From positions 10,168,001 to 10,232,000 of the forward strand of contig CM119383.1 in the NCBI GenBank assembly GCA_051294905.1: 64,000 bases of DNA. Reading direction: 5' to 3'. The notes beneath the pieces were generated by a model that saw only the letters and a list, made by a program, of their open reading frames with translations, did no database searches and was not told the origin of the DNA. The position numbers were made by a program, and so were the translations under genes. Source of the stretch: Botryllus schlosseri (Eukaryota). Shown piece by piece: positions 38,269-50,440 of the stretch; positions within the stretch are counted from its first letter, which is position 1, and every line of letters begins with the position of its first letter.

Positions 38269-39786
38269 ACTTATTACTCTATATTCGGAAATGAATTATT
38301 CGGTCACTTGATCTTGCCCCGCTGTAGTAATTATAATGAGATTTTAAATCTAAGATGTTGAAAACCAAATTGCATTCGTTATTCCTTAAACTTAATAAAA
38401 AAAAACATCTTGTTATAACTTAATTTTCATATTATTTCGTTATGCCCGATATAATGCAGCAGTTCAAAGTTTCCTTCTCGGATTACAAAAAGGCCCGTGC
38501 AATCTTCAAAAACGATTTAGGAGTTCGCACTAGAAATAAGTTCAAGAATCCCTGAGTAACCCCCCAAGATCTATATATTCGCAGTTGGAAGATACAATAC
38601 AGTCCGAACATAGGCCTAGGCCTACTCCAGGCATGATGTCAGAGTGGTAAGACAGTTCGAACATATCCCAGTCAGAAATGAAGTCCTAGTGACAACGATG
38701 TCCGAACACCTCACAATATGCACCAGACACAGAAACCAGACGCGATGCAAATACGGGGAAATGGTTCCTGCTAACATATGCCAGACATACCCGACGACTG
38801 GTATGATGCGCTATGTGAAGAAATGACAATTTGACATCGTGTGCGGCTCACGAAAGAAGTTTTTCTTTTAGTAGGCTTATAGTCTGGTACATTTGGGCGA
38901 TTCCAATATGTTTTGGCTATATTAGGGTTACCGTATTTCGGGATCTGGAGAGGAGGGCACTTTTTAAAAACCACAAAATTTAGATAACCGGACTAGAAAA
39001 CTGCTGATTCTAAAATTATTACGGGAAATTTTGTTGTGTTGACGAAAAAAGGTCATTTCCGGCTCGACTCCCGACTAATATATAGGCTACCGTAGTGCTC
39101 TGGTGTTGACTAAAAAAAGTTCATTTTTCCGGTCCTACTCCCGAACGACCCGCCCAGACACTGGCATCGCAGATTTCACGTCATATATGCCGTTATTTAG
39201 TTGTGCCTGTCCATTAACCTGGCTGTCAAAGCTATAAAGGAGGACGAATTTCCAAATAGGAGGACATACATTACATACGTCCTCGGAGGACATTTTCGAT
39301 TCCCTGAAAAAAAGGTCAAATCCTCCGAAAGGACATAATTATGGTAACCCTACAATACGCGAGGTCACGTAATAGCAACATGCAACAATTAGTATTAAAT
39401 AATAGCTCAACACAGGTATGCTACATCTGAATGATCACGTGGGTTGCAAGAGGACGAAAATGAAGAGTAATATATGCAATTCCAATGTTATTGACAATTA
39501 TTTTTTGCGTTCGGCACGATCAGACGGAAAATACACCCAATGCATCTAACATCGATCGGTGTGTGCATATACTGCAGATACCAGGACTGCACAAAAATGG
39601 GTAATGGTAATGTTGAGAATGTTTGCCCCTTTATTATTTTAATTCTGACAACGCCGCCGATCCAAGATAATGTATGAAGCGAAGGTGATTATGATGTCAC
39701 AGATAACGTTGATATGACAACGAGAACTGAAGCTGCTGTCGCGCAGCTCCTAACTCATCTCATAGTTGTATATACTACTCTGGAAA

Positions 39787-39859
39787 ATGGAGAGCGACTT
39801 GAAATTGCCAGAAGGGCGAGCACCAGTTCGACTTGATGCACAAAAGCACATTCCAGCAG
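39787..39859 (+). CDS. RIIa (PKA dimerisation/docking) domain protein, coding exon 1
   Basis: ATG 39787, MESDLKLPEGRAPVRLDAQKHIPA(G), phase-1 donor G|gtcagt that joins in frame to the RIIa exon at 41075. Confidence 0.75.
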
Positions 39860-40009
39860 GTCAGTAACTACTGGATGACGTGTATGGTCAATGGTAATGG
39901 TCAGGCAAGTCTTTGGCCAATGTAGAACTAAATTTTCATTCGACCAGTAGCCTATGCATATGCATATGCGTATGGTCCCAGTTGTTCTGACGGTCAGTCA
40001 CTGTCACAT

Positions 40010-41005
40010 CAGTGTTGGGATCAAGTCACTACCGTCGAGTCGCGAGTCATTGCAGATTTTGACTCGAGTCAAGTGAAGTCAATCGATTTTCGAAGGTGAC
40101 TCGAGTCACAATTCAAGTGATATTGAATTTTCGAAGTATGAGTTGAGCTGTTTTTTAAAAAAACTTTACCTTCAGATTTCACTGGCTACTTGATAAAATT
40201 GTTTGGTTGGTGTAAAAACGCTTCACACCAAATTTGGCTCAATTCCAACCACTAGAAGCGAAATTATTGAAAAATTTCTAATTCCCTGATTTTATAATAA
40301 ATATTCAAAGAGGTAGTCACCGTAACTACTATTTTATTGAAATCCAAATTTTTCTACACTGCAATATCTTCGCTAAAACAACCCTACAAAGTATAATTGG
40401 CCATTTATCTTGAATAAAATAACGAATATACATGTATCGCTCACGCACACGCATAACTGCTGATAAAATACATGAGTAAATGTGTAGCTACATGCTACTA
40501 TCTGTTATTATCAGTAAAATAGAAGATCGAATACGAAGCCTCGAGAAGTTGAAACAAATTGATATGGTAGAATGTATTACCCAACCCATCTACACATCCG
40601 AGAGAATATTAACGCATAAACTATATTCGCTAGAATTAAATCACACAATAGGGTTGGTAAAAGTGAGCCTTGCGCCATCTAAGACGGAGATACGTTGCTA
40701 TTAATCTACTGCTACGACAACGTGAGCTCTGATCATTTACTTTGCTGTCAATTTATTTGTGATGTAACAATGGAGGATCAGTAAAACGTACAATAAGGAC
40801 TGGCTACTCTCACAAGTGACACCGGAATACCGCGAACATAACTAAGATACAGTGATTTAATCGACACCGTTTACTTGATGACTTGAAATTGACTCGTAAA
40901 TTTTGCCCCGAGTCAATTCACATTTCTGAAGTCAAGTCACTTTTGCAAGGGACTCGAGCCAAGTAAAGTCATCCGAAAAAGTTGACTCGAGCCATCCCAA
41001 CACTG
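40010..41005. mobile_element. hAT-type MITE with GACTCGAGTC repeats, in RIIa gene intron 1
   Basis: TIR CAGTGTTGGGAT / ATCCCAACACTG; TSD TGTCACAT / AGTCACAT (7/8). A related end lies at about 59870-60014 (…TTACAACCCTG). Confidence 0.88.
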
Positions 41006-41074
41006 AGTCACATATCCGACTACCTACCTATTCCATGGGCAATAAGACAAAATACTTTCATTCAACTTCAACAG

Positions 41075-41205
41075 GTCTCGACGAAATTCTTCATGAAATA
41101 TTTTATCGCGTCTTGAAAGATCAACCAGATGAAATAATCCCTTTTGTAGCGAAGCTACTGGATGGGATAGTCGACGCGCGAGATGGTAGAAAAGCAGTAA
41201 AATGA
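41075..41205 (+). CDS. RIIa domain protein, coding exon 2
   Basis: caacag|(G)LDEILHEIFYRVLKDQPDEIIPFVAKLLDGIVDARD fits the RIIa pattern IPxGLxELLxxxxxxVLxxQPxDxxxF of PKA-RII/SPA17/CABYR. Either reads through to TGA 41203-41205 or splices at G|gtagaa after 41185. Confidence 0.8.
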
Positions 41206-43289
41206 TTCTACATCTTCACGAGAACCAAGTGTTTATACCCGAAGGAAATGAATAAATATATTTTGTGTTCATCCTATCTTCTAATTCGGCCCCCATATAA
41301 ATATTCACGTTATATTACATTCATGTAGCCTATGGTACGGTATATTCGAACATTGACAGCGTCTATTTCATATCTTTACACCATCAGTACGCAACAGTCA
41401 CAAACCGAACGAGCCACAATGGACGGGACAATTTCCCAGTCTCTCTCAATGATATTTCACCGACGGTGAATAACGTAGGAGTAATGCAGCCATATTCAAT
41501 GCCTAAACAGATTGTCTAGACTCAGTTCTTTAGTTATACTTGGGGAGGAATTCCCAAAGAAAAATTTCCGCAATTTCCGCAGGAAATTTTCACTCACTAC
41601 AAGCATCTCGAACCGACGAGCAGCAAAAATAAAAATGTACACTATGTATACATTATGAAAGAGGTGCTGAGAGAGGGCCTTGAACCTGTCCGCCGTTTAA
41701 AATTAAGCTCTGACCTCATTGTTAGCTTACCAGCCGCTGGGATGATATTCGGTACCCAAGCGAGAAAAGAATCCGGATATTGCAACGTGACGTTCACGCT
41801 ATTATGATGAGCCTACTTACGTTATATTATTCTCGCTAAGTACAAGATCTGTTCCATAACACAACCAGTTTATATTTTTCGCGTTCGCTACATGACTTCG
41901 GTCATGATTTAGCATTTTGCAAGAAAACTTGTACTCACGAAATTTGTAGGCAGCTGGTGAACCGAACTGACCATATGCCATATTACGGGCTTTCGCACTC
42001 GAGTATCTTAAAAGTTAAAAACGCGTGGATGGACTAGAAACACACGGAGCGATTTTTCCCCCGAACAAAACTAAACCTTAAATATTTTACTTGCTATGAC
42101 CACAAACGTAACATTTATTATCATACAGATACAAGACTTTGATACTCAGACACAGAGTGAAACATATTCCCTAAATAATATTAGTTTCATCAACAATTTT
42201 CGTTAATCTTACTAATACCACAGCGGCGTGAGTCGAATAAAAATGCAGAAGCGTAAACAGCATAATCTTCACACTTCATTGTCACCAAGTGATGACAAGA
42301 ATAAAGCAAGCGATACATGATTCATGGAAGCCAGATATCAAACAGTGGTGGGTGCAATAAATGGAAGTGCGAGTATTATAAAACAAATTACACAAGCTGT
42401 TCTGGACACAGAATCTTAGAATTGCACCAAACAATACCCCAACACGGCTAAAGAGAATAAAAATACGATTATAATTTCAAAATTATAGGCGGAGATATCA
42501 AGTGTTCCGCGTGGAGTGTTCACACCTCTTCCTGAAGATCAATTATTATGAGTAAAGGATGCGGTATTCCACACCGCAGATACCCGCTAAAAGCGAAAAA
42601 TTTCACAAAGCAAAGTAATTTTTAAGGAGATTAGCGCACGTTTCTGTAATTTCCAGCATATCATTACTGCGTTAAGAAATGAGGGATTGAGCCGTGATTC
42701 ATCTTAGTAGAAGCGAATCCAGTAAATACATTGATTGAAATAATTAGGTCATCCGAACAGGCACTCTGAGCTTTAAGGATGAGACGGACCGTCTATCGCA
42801 CGACGACGCCATTGACCACACGCATCTGTGAGGTTACAAACGCCTTGGGCACGTTAACGGAGACGACCTTAACAAAACGAAACGGTTAGTCGGAAATATG
42901 ATGAAATAAGCATTCAAAGTATATACATGGAACAAGGAAATCCGGGGGGCCAGGGTATGTAACTAATGTGGCAAGAAGATTTATTAGCTGTCTCATCAAA
43001 TTGGTTTTACAAGCCCGACAGCTAAACCCAACACTGGCTCGGGACCCGCGCATTACCAACTACCAACTCAGACAGGGTACTTAGCTTTAAAATCACTCTG
43101 CTTCGCGCCAGAGTGATGGATCGTCTAATTAAATTGTCTCCCAAACAAATTAATGCAACTGCGCTGCGAGCCCATGCAGAAATACAACATCCGAGAGCAA
43201 AGCCGTCCTGTCAACCGAGACATGAGAGCTGGTTTCGTGAGTGACGCATTCTCTCGTTTTGTTTCATAAATTGGCAATTAGCTTATCAC

Positions 43290-46064
43290 GGGTGCCTTTA
43301 TTTTGTACATGCAAGCTAATGAAAAGCTAATGCAGCTAATTAAGCTAAGGAAAAGCTAATTAAGCTAATGAAAGGCTAATTAAGCTAATGAAAAGCTAAG
43401 TAAGCTAATGAAAAGCTAATGAAAAGCTAATTAAGCTAATGAAAAAGTAAGCTAATGAAAAGTAAGCTAATGAAAACCTAATGAAGCTAATTAAGCTAAT
43501 GAAAAGCTAAGTAAGCTAATGAAAAGCTAATGAAAAGCTAATGAAAAAGTAAGCTAATGAAAAGTAAGCTAATGAAAAGCTAATGAAGCTAATTAAGCTA
43601 ATGAAAAGCTAATTACGCTAATGAAAAAGTAAGCTAATGAAAAGTAAGCTAATGAAAAGCTAATTAAGCTAATGAAAAGCTAATGAAACCAGCGAATGTA
43701 AAAATGAAGCCAATGAAGCAAGGAAGTAAGTCCAGGTTAGTATTTTGCTCATATGATTCTGGATGTATCAAATCCGAAATTTTAAATCCAAGTTCAGAAT
43801 CTGGATATTCGATTCTCAATAGGGATTTTTGAATTATGATTGCAATAGTGCCAATTCAGACCTAACTGCACCCTGCAAACCGGAAGATTTGACGGCACCG
43901 ACAGGTTTGTTTTGAGGTGTTGATGGTGTGTCTTGACTACTATGGTCATGGTCATGGTCATTTACACCAGGCAATTTTCTACATTTCTATTCCGTAGCGG
44001 CCGACTTGTACAACGGCCCACATTCTTGGCTTTTATAAGACACCGCTTACACGGATGAGATGCCACCTAGGTAGGAATTCTGGAGTCGACCTCGGTCGGA
44101 CTCGAACCCACAAGGCACAACCCATTGGTGTTGCAGCTGTGGATTATACCACTGCGTTATGTCGCCACTACATACAGCGGTGATCTCTGACGAAGTTTTT
44201 CTGCCTACTCGGTGCTAAAGTGCCAGCACGCCTAACATGATAATGTGGCCGGTTATGTTTGCAAACTGAATTTGATAGCGTGAACGAACATGAACATCAA
44301 CGATATTTCAAAGGGAGTTCATTTCTTGATGGTAATTAGTTAGGAAGGCAAGGAGGATTTGAAAACAGCATTGTCTCACAAGCTCCAGCATGCCTGCTAT
44401 CAATCAACGCATCATACAAAACTGGATTAACCCGTTTCGGCACGTGATATGTCTGGTAAACCGAATTCGCGTGGATATTGGTTGCGGGCTTGACAGTAAT
44501 TTTTATTTTACAAATGAACTTCACATCATGATCGACAGATTATAATTTAGATTATTGATCGTTTTCTTTAGAACTGAATCATTCTGCGCATAATTTCAAA
44601 ATTGGGAAGACTTCTTTTTCGTTACCTTTGCGAAACCTAAATGACGTACTAGTGAGACATCGGCACCATTGTCATCCTGATAATGAGCAATGAGTAAACT
44701 AACGTTGAAAACGTCCGTATATGTACTACTTTGTAATTGCATATATTTGCTGCGCTGAATTAAGATATTCACGTATCATTTCTGCTTTATAATATTTCAC
44801 AGGGAGGGGCAAGGTATAGCCTATCGACTATGGGTTGTCGGGACAGCTATCGTTTGGTAGAGTAGAGGTTTAACCAGAGCAAACAGTTCGCAGGAGTGAA
44901 AAAGTTCTATAACTGGTCTAGTTAAGCAATGTAGGGTCAATATATTTTGTAAAGAGAAAGCTACGTTTTCATTGGCACAATGTTCAACCCAAAATCGGCG
45001 ATGTGTAGTGGTTCCAAATATAATAATTTTCATAGTCATTGGGAACGATAAAGTAGCAACATTTTCATAGTCGTAAATGAGTATATCACGAGTATTTTCA
45101 ATAATATCGCGAGATATTACTCGCAGCATAGTTTATTTATAAACGAGGCTGGCATTGATGTCGGTTAATAATTATTATTTCAAAGATACCGATTCAGCGT
45201 CAATCAACAAACGCACACATTTCGCAATTGCAATCAGCGAAGTTTTTCGATGCGTGGTGTTCAATTAGCTTCAATGTTACATTAGCTTCATTAGTTTTTC
45301 ATTGCCTTGTTTCATTAGGTTTTCATTAGCTTTTGATTAGCTTACTTCTCATTACCTTGATTAGCTTTTAATTAGCTTTTCATTAGCTTACTTTTCATTA
45401 GCTTACTTTTTCATTAGCTTAATTAGCTTTTCATTAGCTTTTCATTAGCTTACTTAGCTTTTCATTAGCTTTTCATTAGCTTACTTAGCTTTTCATTAGC
45501 TTAATTAGCTTCATAAGCTTTTCATTAGTTTACTTTTCATTAGCTTACTTTTTCATTAGCTTAATTAGCTTTTCATTAGCTTTTCATTAGCTTACTTAGC
45601 TTTTCATTAGCTTAATTAGCCTTTCATTAGCTTAATTAGCTTTTCCTTAGCTTAATTAGCTGCATTAGCTTTTCATTAGCTTTTGATTAGCTTACTTCTC
45701 ATTACCTTAATTAGCTTTTAATTAGCTTCATCAGCTTTTCATTAGCTTACTTTTCATTAGCTTACTTTTTCATTAGCTTACTTTTCATTAGCTTACTTTT
45801 TCATTAGCTTAATTAGCTTTTCATTAGCTTTTCATTAGCTTTTCATTAGCTTACTTAGCTTTTCATTAGCTTAATTAGCTTCATTAGCTTTTCATTAGTT
45901 TACTTTTCATTAGCTTACTTTTTCATTAGCTTAATTAGCTTTTCATTAGCTTACTTAGCTTTTCATTAGCTTAATTAGCCTTTCATTAGCTTAATTAGCT
46001 TTTCCTTAGCTTAATTAGCTGCATTAGCTTTTCATTAGCTTGCATGTACAAAATAAAGGCACCC
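43290..46064. mobile_element. Foldback-type (Mutator-like) non-autonomous DNA transposon, 2775 bp
   Basis: Termini GGGTGCCTTTATTTTGTACATGCAAGC and its exact inverse; perfect 9-bp TSD GCTTATCAC (43281-43289, 46065-46073); arms built of AAGCTAATGAAA-type tandem units (about 43313-43690 and 45265-46042). Confidence 0.9.
43905..44170 (-). mobile_element. Same SINE family, near full-length copy nested in the foldback element
   Basis: A-box-like TGGCGACATAACGCAGTGG, B box at 44098-44108, shared body and tail. Confidence 0.8.
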
Positions 46065-48526
46065 GCTTATCACGGATGAAGTGAAGGGTGTCAGTTGGCA
46101 TCGGAGTTCGGGTATCGCCATCTGTATAGCTCGGTAATCTCCAATGTTTTTCAGTGATTTGTGAACGTAAGTGACAGGTTCACGATTTTAAACCGTGTGT
46201 GAAGTACAGTTTCACATCACTTGAACGTCCAGTTAATACGGTGCAAGAGGTGAATCTAGGTTAAAAAGTTGCTTTTCATTTTATTACATATTATCAGTAA
46301 CATCTACTGGATTACCTGGAAGGCATGACCACCCTAGGAAGAGCAAAAAAATAAACCCTACCAGAATTAATCACCTCATTTAATCAATAGATTATTAAAC
46401 ATATCTTTGCGACATCCGAACCTTCATAAGTTTGAAGAATCATAATATATCGTTAGCCACATATCAATCGAATCTAGGACCATTAACAATAAAGTAAAAA
46501 GATTACTTCTATAACTGATATGAAAATATGGAAACAGCGAGACGATAATATGAAAATGATGAGTATTACTATTGATTTTACATCGAAGCGGTGTTTGCTG
46601 ATACCATTCTTGAATAAATCATGATAATTATAATGTGGGGCCAAATTTACAACCCCACGTAAAGTGATGCAAAGTCGTTGTGAAATCTATGACAAACAAC
46701 AGCGAAGCTTCCAATGCTACATATCACACCAGAGGCAGCAGTACATGGAATGATTTTCGAACTTGTGGTAACGCGTTCTTTCCCCATTTTCTATCTACAA
46801 TTAAGAGCCAGGTTTCGTACCCATAATCACGTTCGGTTTAATGAGTTTCCGCTGGGGAACGGTTAAGCACGATTTGTATGTATAACAGTAACAAAGTCAT
46901 GGTGCATACAACGGAAAAGACATTGAGACACGCCGAGGCGCATTAAACTATGAAAACGATTACTGTTACCGGGTGATTAAATTACTATTAGCCATCTCTC
47001 ATAACAAGCGTAAGAAAATACAACAGGTTTCAGGAATGCGAGATATATAATGCAATCCGGCACTGCGCCAACAGTCGCTGTTGCGCAGATATGACCGATC
47101 GCGTGTATTTGCACGCTGCACGAAGTCGTTACAAATTCTCTTTGTTGCTGCAACAGACGCATCGCCAGAAAAATGGCGCCATTGTGCGACGATTTGCTGG
47201 ATTTGATCAACGCCGATATTAAGATCTGTCGTGTTTATTGTGGTTTGAAACAAAGTAGAGAGACGATCACAACCAAGACACAGCGCGCCGATTAGACTTT
47301 GTGTTTATTTACCAATTTATCCGACTACCCTAGTTCCGAACTGTGACAAATCACAGCAGAGGAACCACGCTCGCCAAAGACGCGGGACCGACAGCGTCGA
47401 ACCGCAAGCGGCATTAAATACGCGGGATACGATACTTTCAATTTATCAATGGGGTCAATTAGCCACTGATGAATCCCAAACATACAGGCATCGAAGAGGG
47501 TAAGGGTCATCGATGCCGAAAAGCAGCAGTCCATTCGACTATAAGACGCCGTTTGTTAGTGTGGCGCCTGTATTGAGATCTCTTTACTAATTCTGGAGTT
47601 GGAGCAGACAACTGTTTGTAGTATAGGCGGCAATCGAATGTCCCACACCCATAAACCAGTAGGCGAAATGATCACACGCAGGGCCTGCATATCGTTACAA
47701 TAGGAATCACGGAACTGTATCGAGAATCAATGGAATGAGATGGAGAATGGGGTCCTATCCTCGGTACGCCTTGCATACGCCGTGGCAAATTTGCCTGTAT
47801 CACTAGCGCCAGGCCCCAAATGGCGCGCTAAAATATGAATAAGCAGAGAAAACTACCAACGACCCCGTGATATTGAAACCAATGAGAGTTCGTGAAGTCT
47901 TAACACGGTCAAGTTAAATTGTTACGGGGAAAGATTTCCTTTAGATACGAAGAAATATAATTGAGATCTCCCGCTAAATATAAAATCATGACTGTCAATC
48001 CATCAAGGTCCCAATCATTTTAGTATCTTCATTGAAATGATATTATATGTCGTTATTCGGCAGAAGGGCTCAAACGAAGTAAATTTACATCTAGGAAACA
48101 GGAACCTATAGATTTGGTGAAACCAGAATTGATATCCATGCACTGGTTCCGCAGTGAGTCCAGAAGATAATTCCCGTCTTAAGACAATCCCGCGCAAGTC
48201 GTGGCGATGACTACATCGACTATAGGATCCTGTATGCCACAACGAGTTATATAACGACTTATATGATCTGTCATAGTTACATCCAAAGTATACCAATTCG
48301 AACTTCTACAGTGGTTACAAGGTGGCGGTGTGCTCACTTTACTGTCAGAAGACTTGAGCCACTGTCCGGTAAACCGAAACTAGCCACGTAAACACTTGGC
48401 GCAAAGATACGTTCGGCAGGTATATACATACTGATAAATACGCGACCTGGGAATGGAGCTGGAACTAGTCAAAGGATTTCAATAGCTATTATCACTCCCA
48501 ACAAACACCACTGGCCAGATTGGACT

Positions 48527-48680
48527 ATTGTTTGTTTTTTTGGTATTCATGGTGTTTTGACTACTACGGTTATGGTCATTTACACCAGCCCGATATTCCT
48601 TACTACAGTTCCTGAGCTGCATACTTTGACCACGGCCCACTTTCATTCTAGGCTTTTGTAAGACACCGATCATGCCGACC
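48527..48680 (-). mobile_element. Same SINE family, 5'-truncated copy
   Basis: Shared body CACGGCCCACTTTCATTCTAGGCTTTTGTAAGACA and tail GTATTCATGGTGTTT. Confidence 0.75.
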
Positions 48681-49359
48681 ACATGTACTCTTCCATTGAT
48701 TTCTGCAAAGCGCAAACAATTGTTTCGCGTGACATGCGAAGCTGGAAAATTGGATCATGCTCTACCATACTAACATAGATCATTTCACTGAGAGTTTATC
48801 CGTGTTTCTTACGCACATTAGACACACCCGTGCATGTGTTGAATCGATTCCGACGCCGTAATGTTTTCGAATCAGAAGTTTGAGTTCTCGTGCGCGTCTC
48901 ATAATAAATCCTCTCGCGAATTTTTCGGATTTCGCCAACACAGCCCGAGCGGAGGCCCGTAATCGTCGCCTCGAGGTGAAAGAACGCAATAATCCAGGGT
49001 CAAAGTTGGGTCAGCGGTGTTTGACATATCCGCCGCGATTGAGAGCGGCGCGGCGTTCGAATTGTGAGAAAGTGCGGCGCTGAATTTCGCCGCAAACCGT
49101 GAGCCGTATAATGGACTTTTCCTGTTTATTTGTTACAGGATCGCGGCTGTTGGCGACAGCCGGGCGGTGATGCGAGATAAAGGACACGGACAAGTGTAGG
49201 AAATCAAATGTAAGAAAAATGCGTACGTATACGCAAATTTGTACCCCAAAGGCGGTCAGTGACGAAGTAATTCTACTTTTCTGGAGTACTCGAGAATGTT
49301 TTGCCTTTGCACCACGTATTCAAGTGGTTATATCTTCGACCACTTCTGCTTCAACAATC

Positions 49360-49866
49360 TTTAGGCCACATCCTAACTGAGGCAAGACTGCGGCGGCATT
49401 GGTTCTTATATCAAGAAGCCCATGATGAAAAATTGTGATGTAGACAATATTGTCAGAATGCAGCAACACGGTGTGTGACTAGCAGTGTACGTACAACTTC
49501 AATGTTGCCAGCCAAAAACTGCTTTCTCCATTCTTGGCAAGCTACTCAGTAAGGACAGACACTTTCTACCATATGACGTGTTGTATAACTACTGGAATTC
49601 TTCATAGGTCCAGATTTCGTTAAAACGAAGTTTTTTCATGTAAAAATTTGTCAGTTTTTTCAGGCCAAACTACTTCGTAAGGACAGACAGTTTCAACCAG
49701 AAATGAAGATAAGCAGTACAATTCTAACATTATGTGCGAAAACGCCTAATCTACATACACGAGGACAAAATTTTGTCAAAATTAAGTTATTTAACGTCAC
49801 AAAATGTCAAAATTGTCATTTTTTAGATAAAAATCTTACGTTTTTTAGGTTAAAAAAATCGCCCTA
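49360..49866 (-). mobile_element. hAT-type MITE family B, truncated inverted copy nested in a family A element
   Basis: Ends AAAAAATCGCCCTA; reverse complement matches the first ~500 bp of family B. Confidence 0.75.
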
Positions 49867-50379
49867 GTCATTACTCATTTTGTGTTAATCGTGAAGAAAC
49901 ATCTTGCAACTATGAAATTAGCCACCTGCAACTAACTGTTAAAAGCATACGACCATTCGACCAAATCTACTTCTTCAAACTAATAGGCTACTTACTTGAG
50001 TACATTTCAAACCTTTCATTTCGAATACTTCCACTTGGAGCCGTTTTGACTTCTACTTGGGTAGCGTCTCTCACTACTTTCACCACCCCTGTCTGTACCA
50101 GGGGCTATAGAATTTATTCGACTCACACGTTTTCAGCGGTTTCTCGGATATTGATCCTCGAAAATCCGCCACGCTTTCGTATGCACAAAAACATTTCCGG
50201 CCTCTCATACATTAATCATTACACGTTCCCGTACGCAGCGCAGAGTTTTAATTCTATGATTTGCGAGTAGAGTTCGACAGTATACCAAGATATATTTGAC
50301 TCGCATCTATTTATAGATCCCTTCCAATGACACAGCCTTTGACTTTCTACATTTTTGATTTCGTGGATGGTGAACCAGC

Positions 50380-50440
50380 TATGATGTATGTATGTATATG
50401 TATGTATGTATGTATGTATGTATATGTATGTATATGATGT
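50380..50440. repeat. Imperfect (TATG)n microsatellite
   Basis: Direct reading. Confidence 0.9.

Noticed and set aside
44821-45129. 102-aa ORF in the foldback loop as a transposase
   Set aside because: No DDE or MULE motif recognisable and too short.
43313-46042. Tandem AAGCTAAT arrays as a CRISPR array
   Set aside because: No unique spacers, eukaryotic context, and the arrays are inverted arms of a TSD-flanked element.
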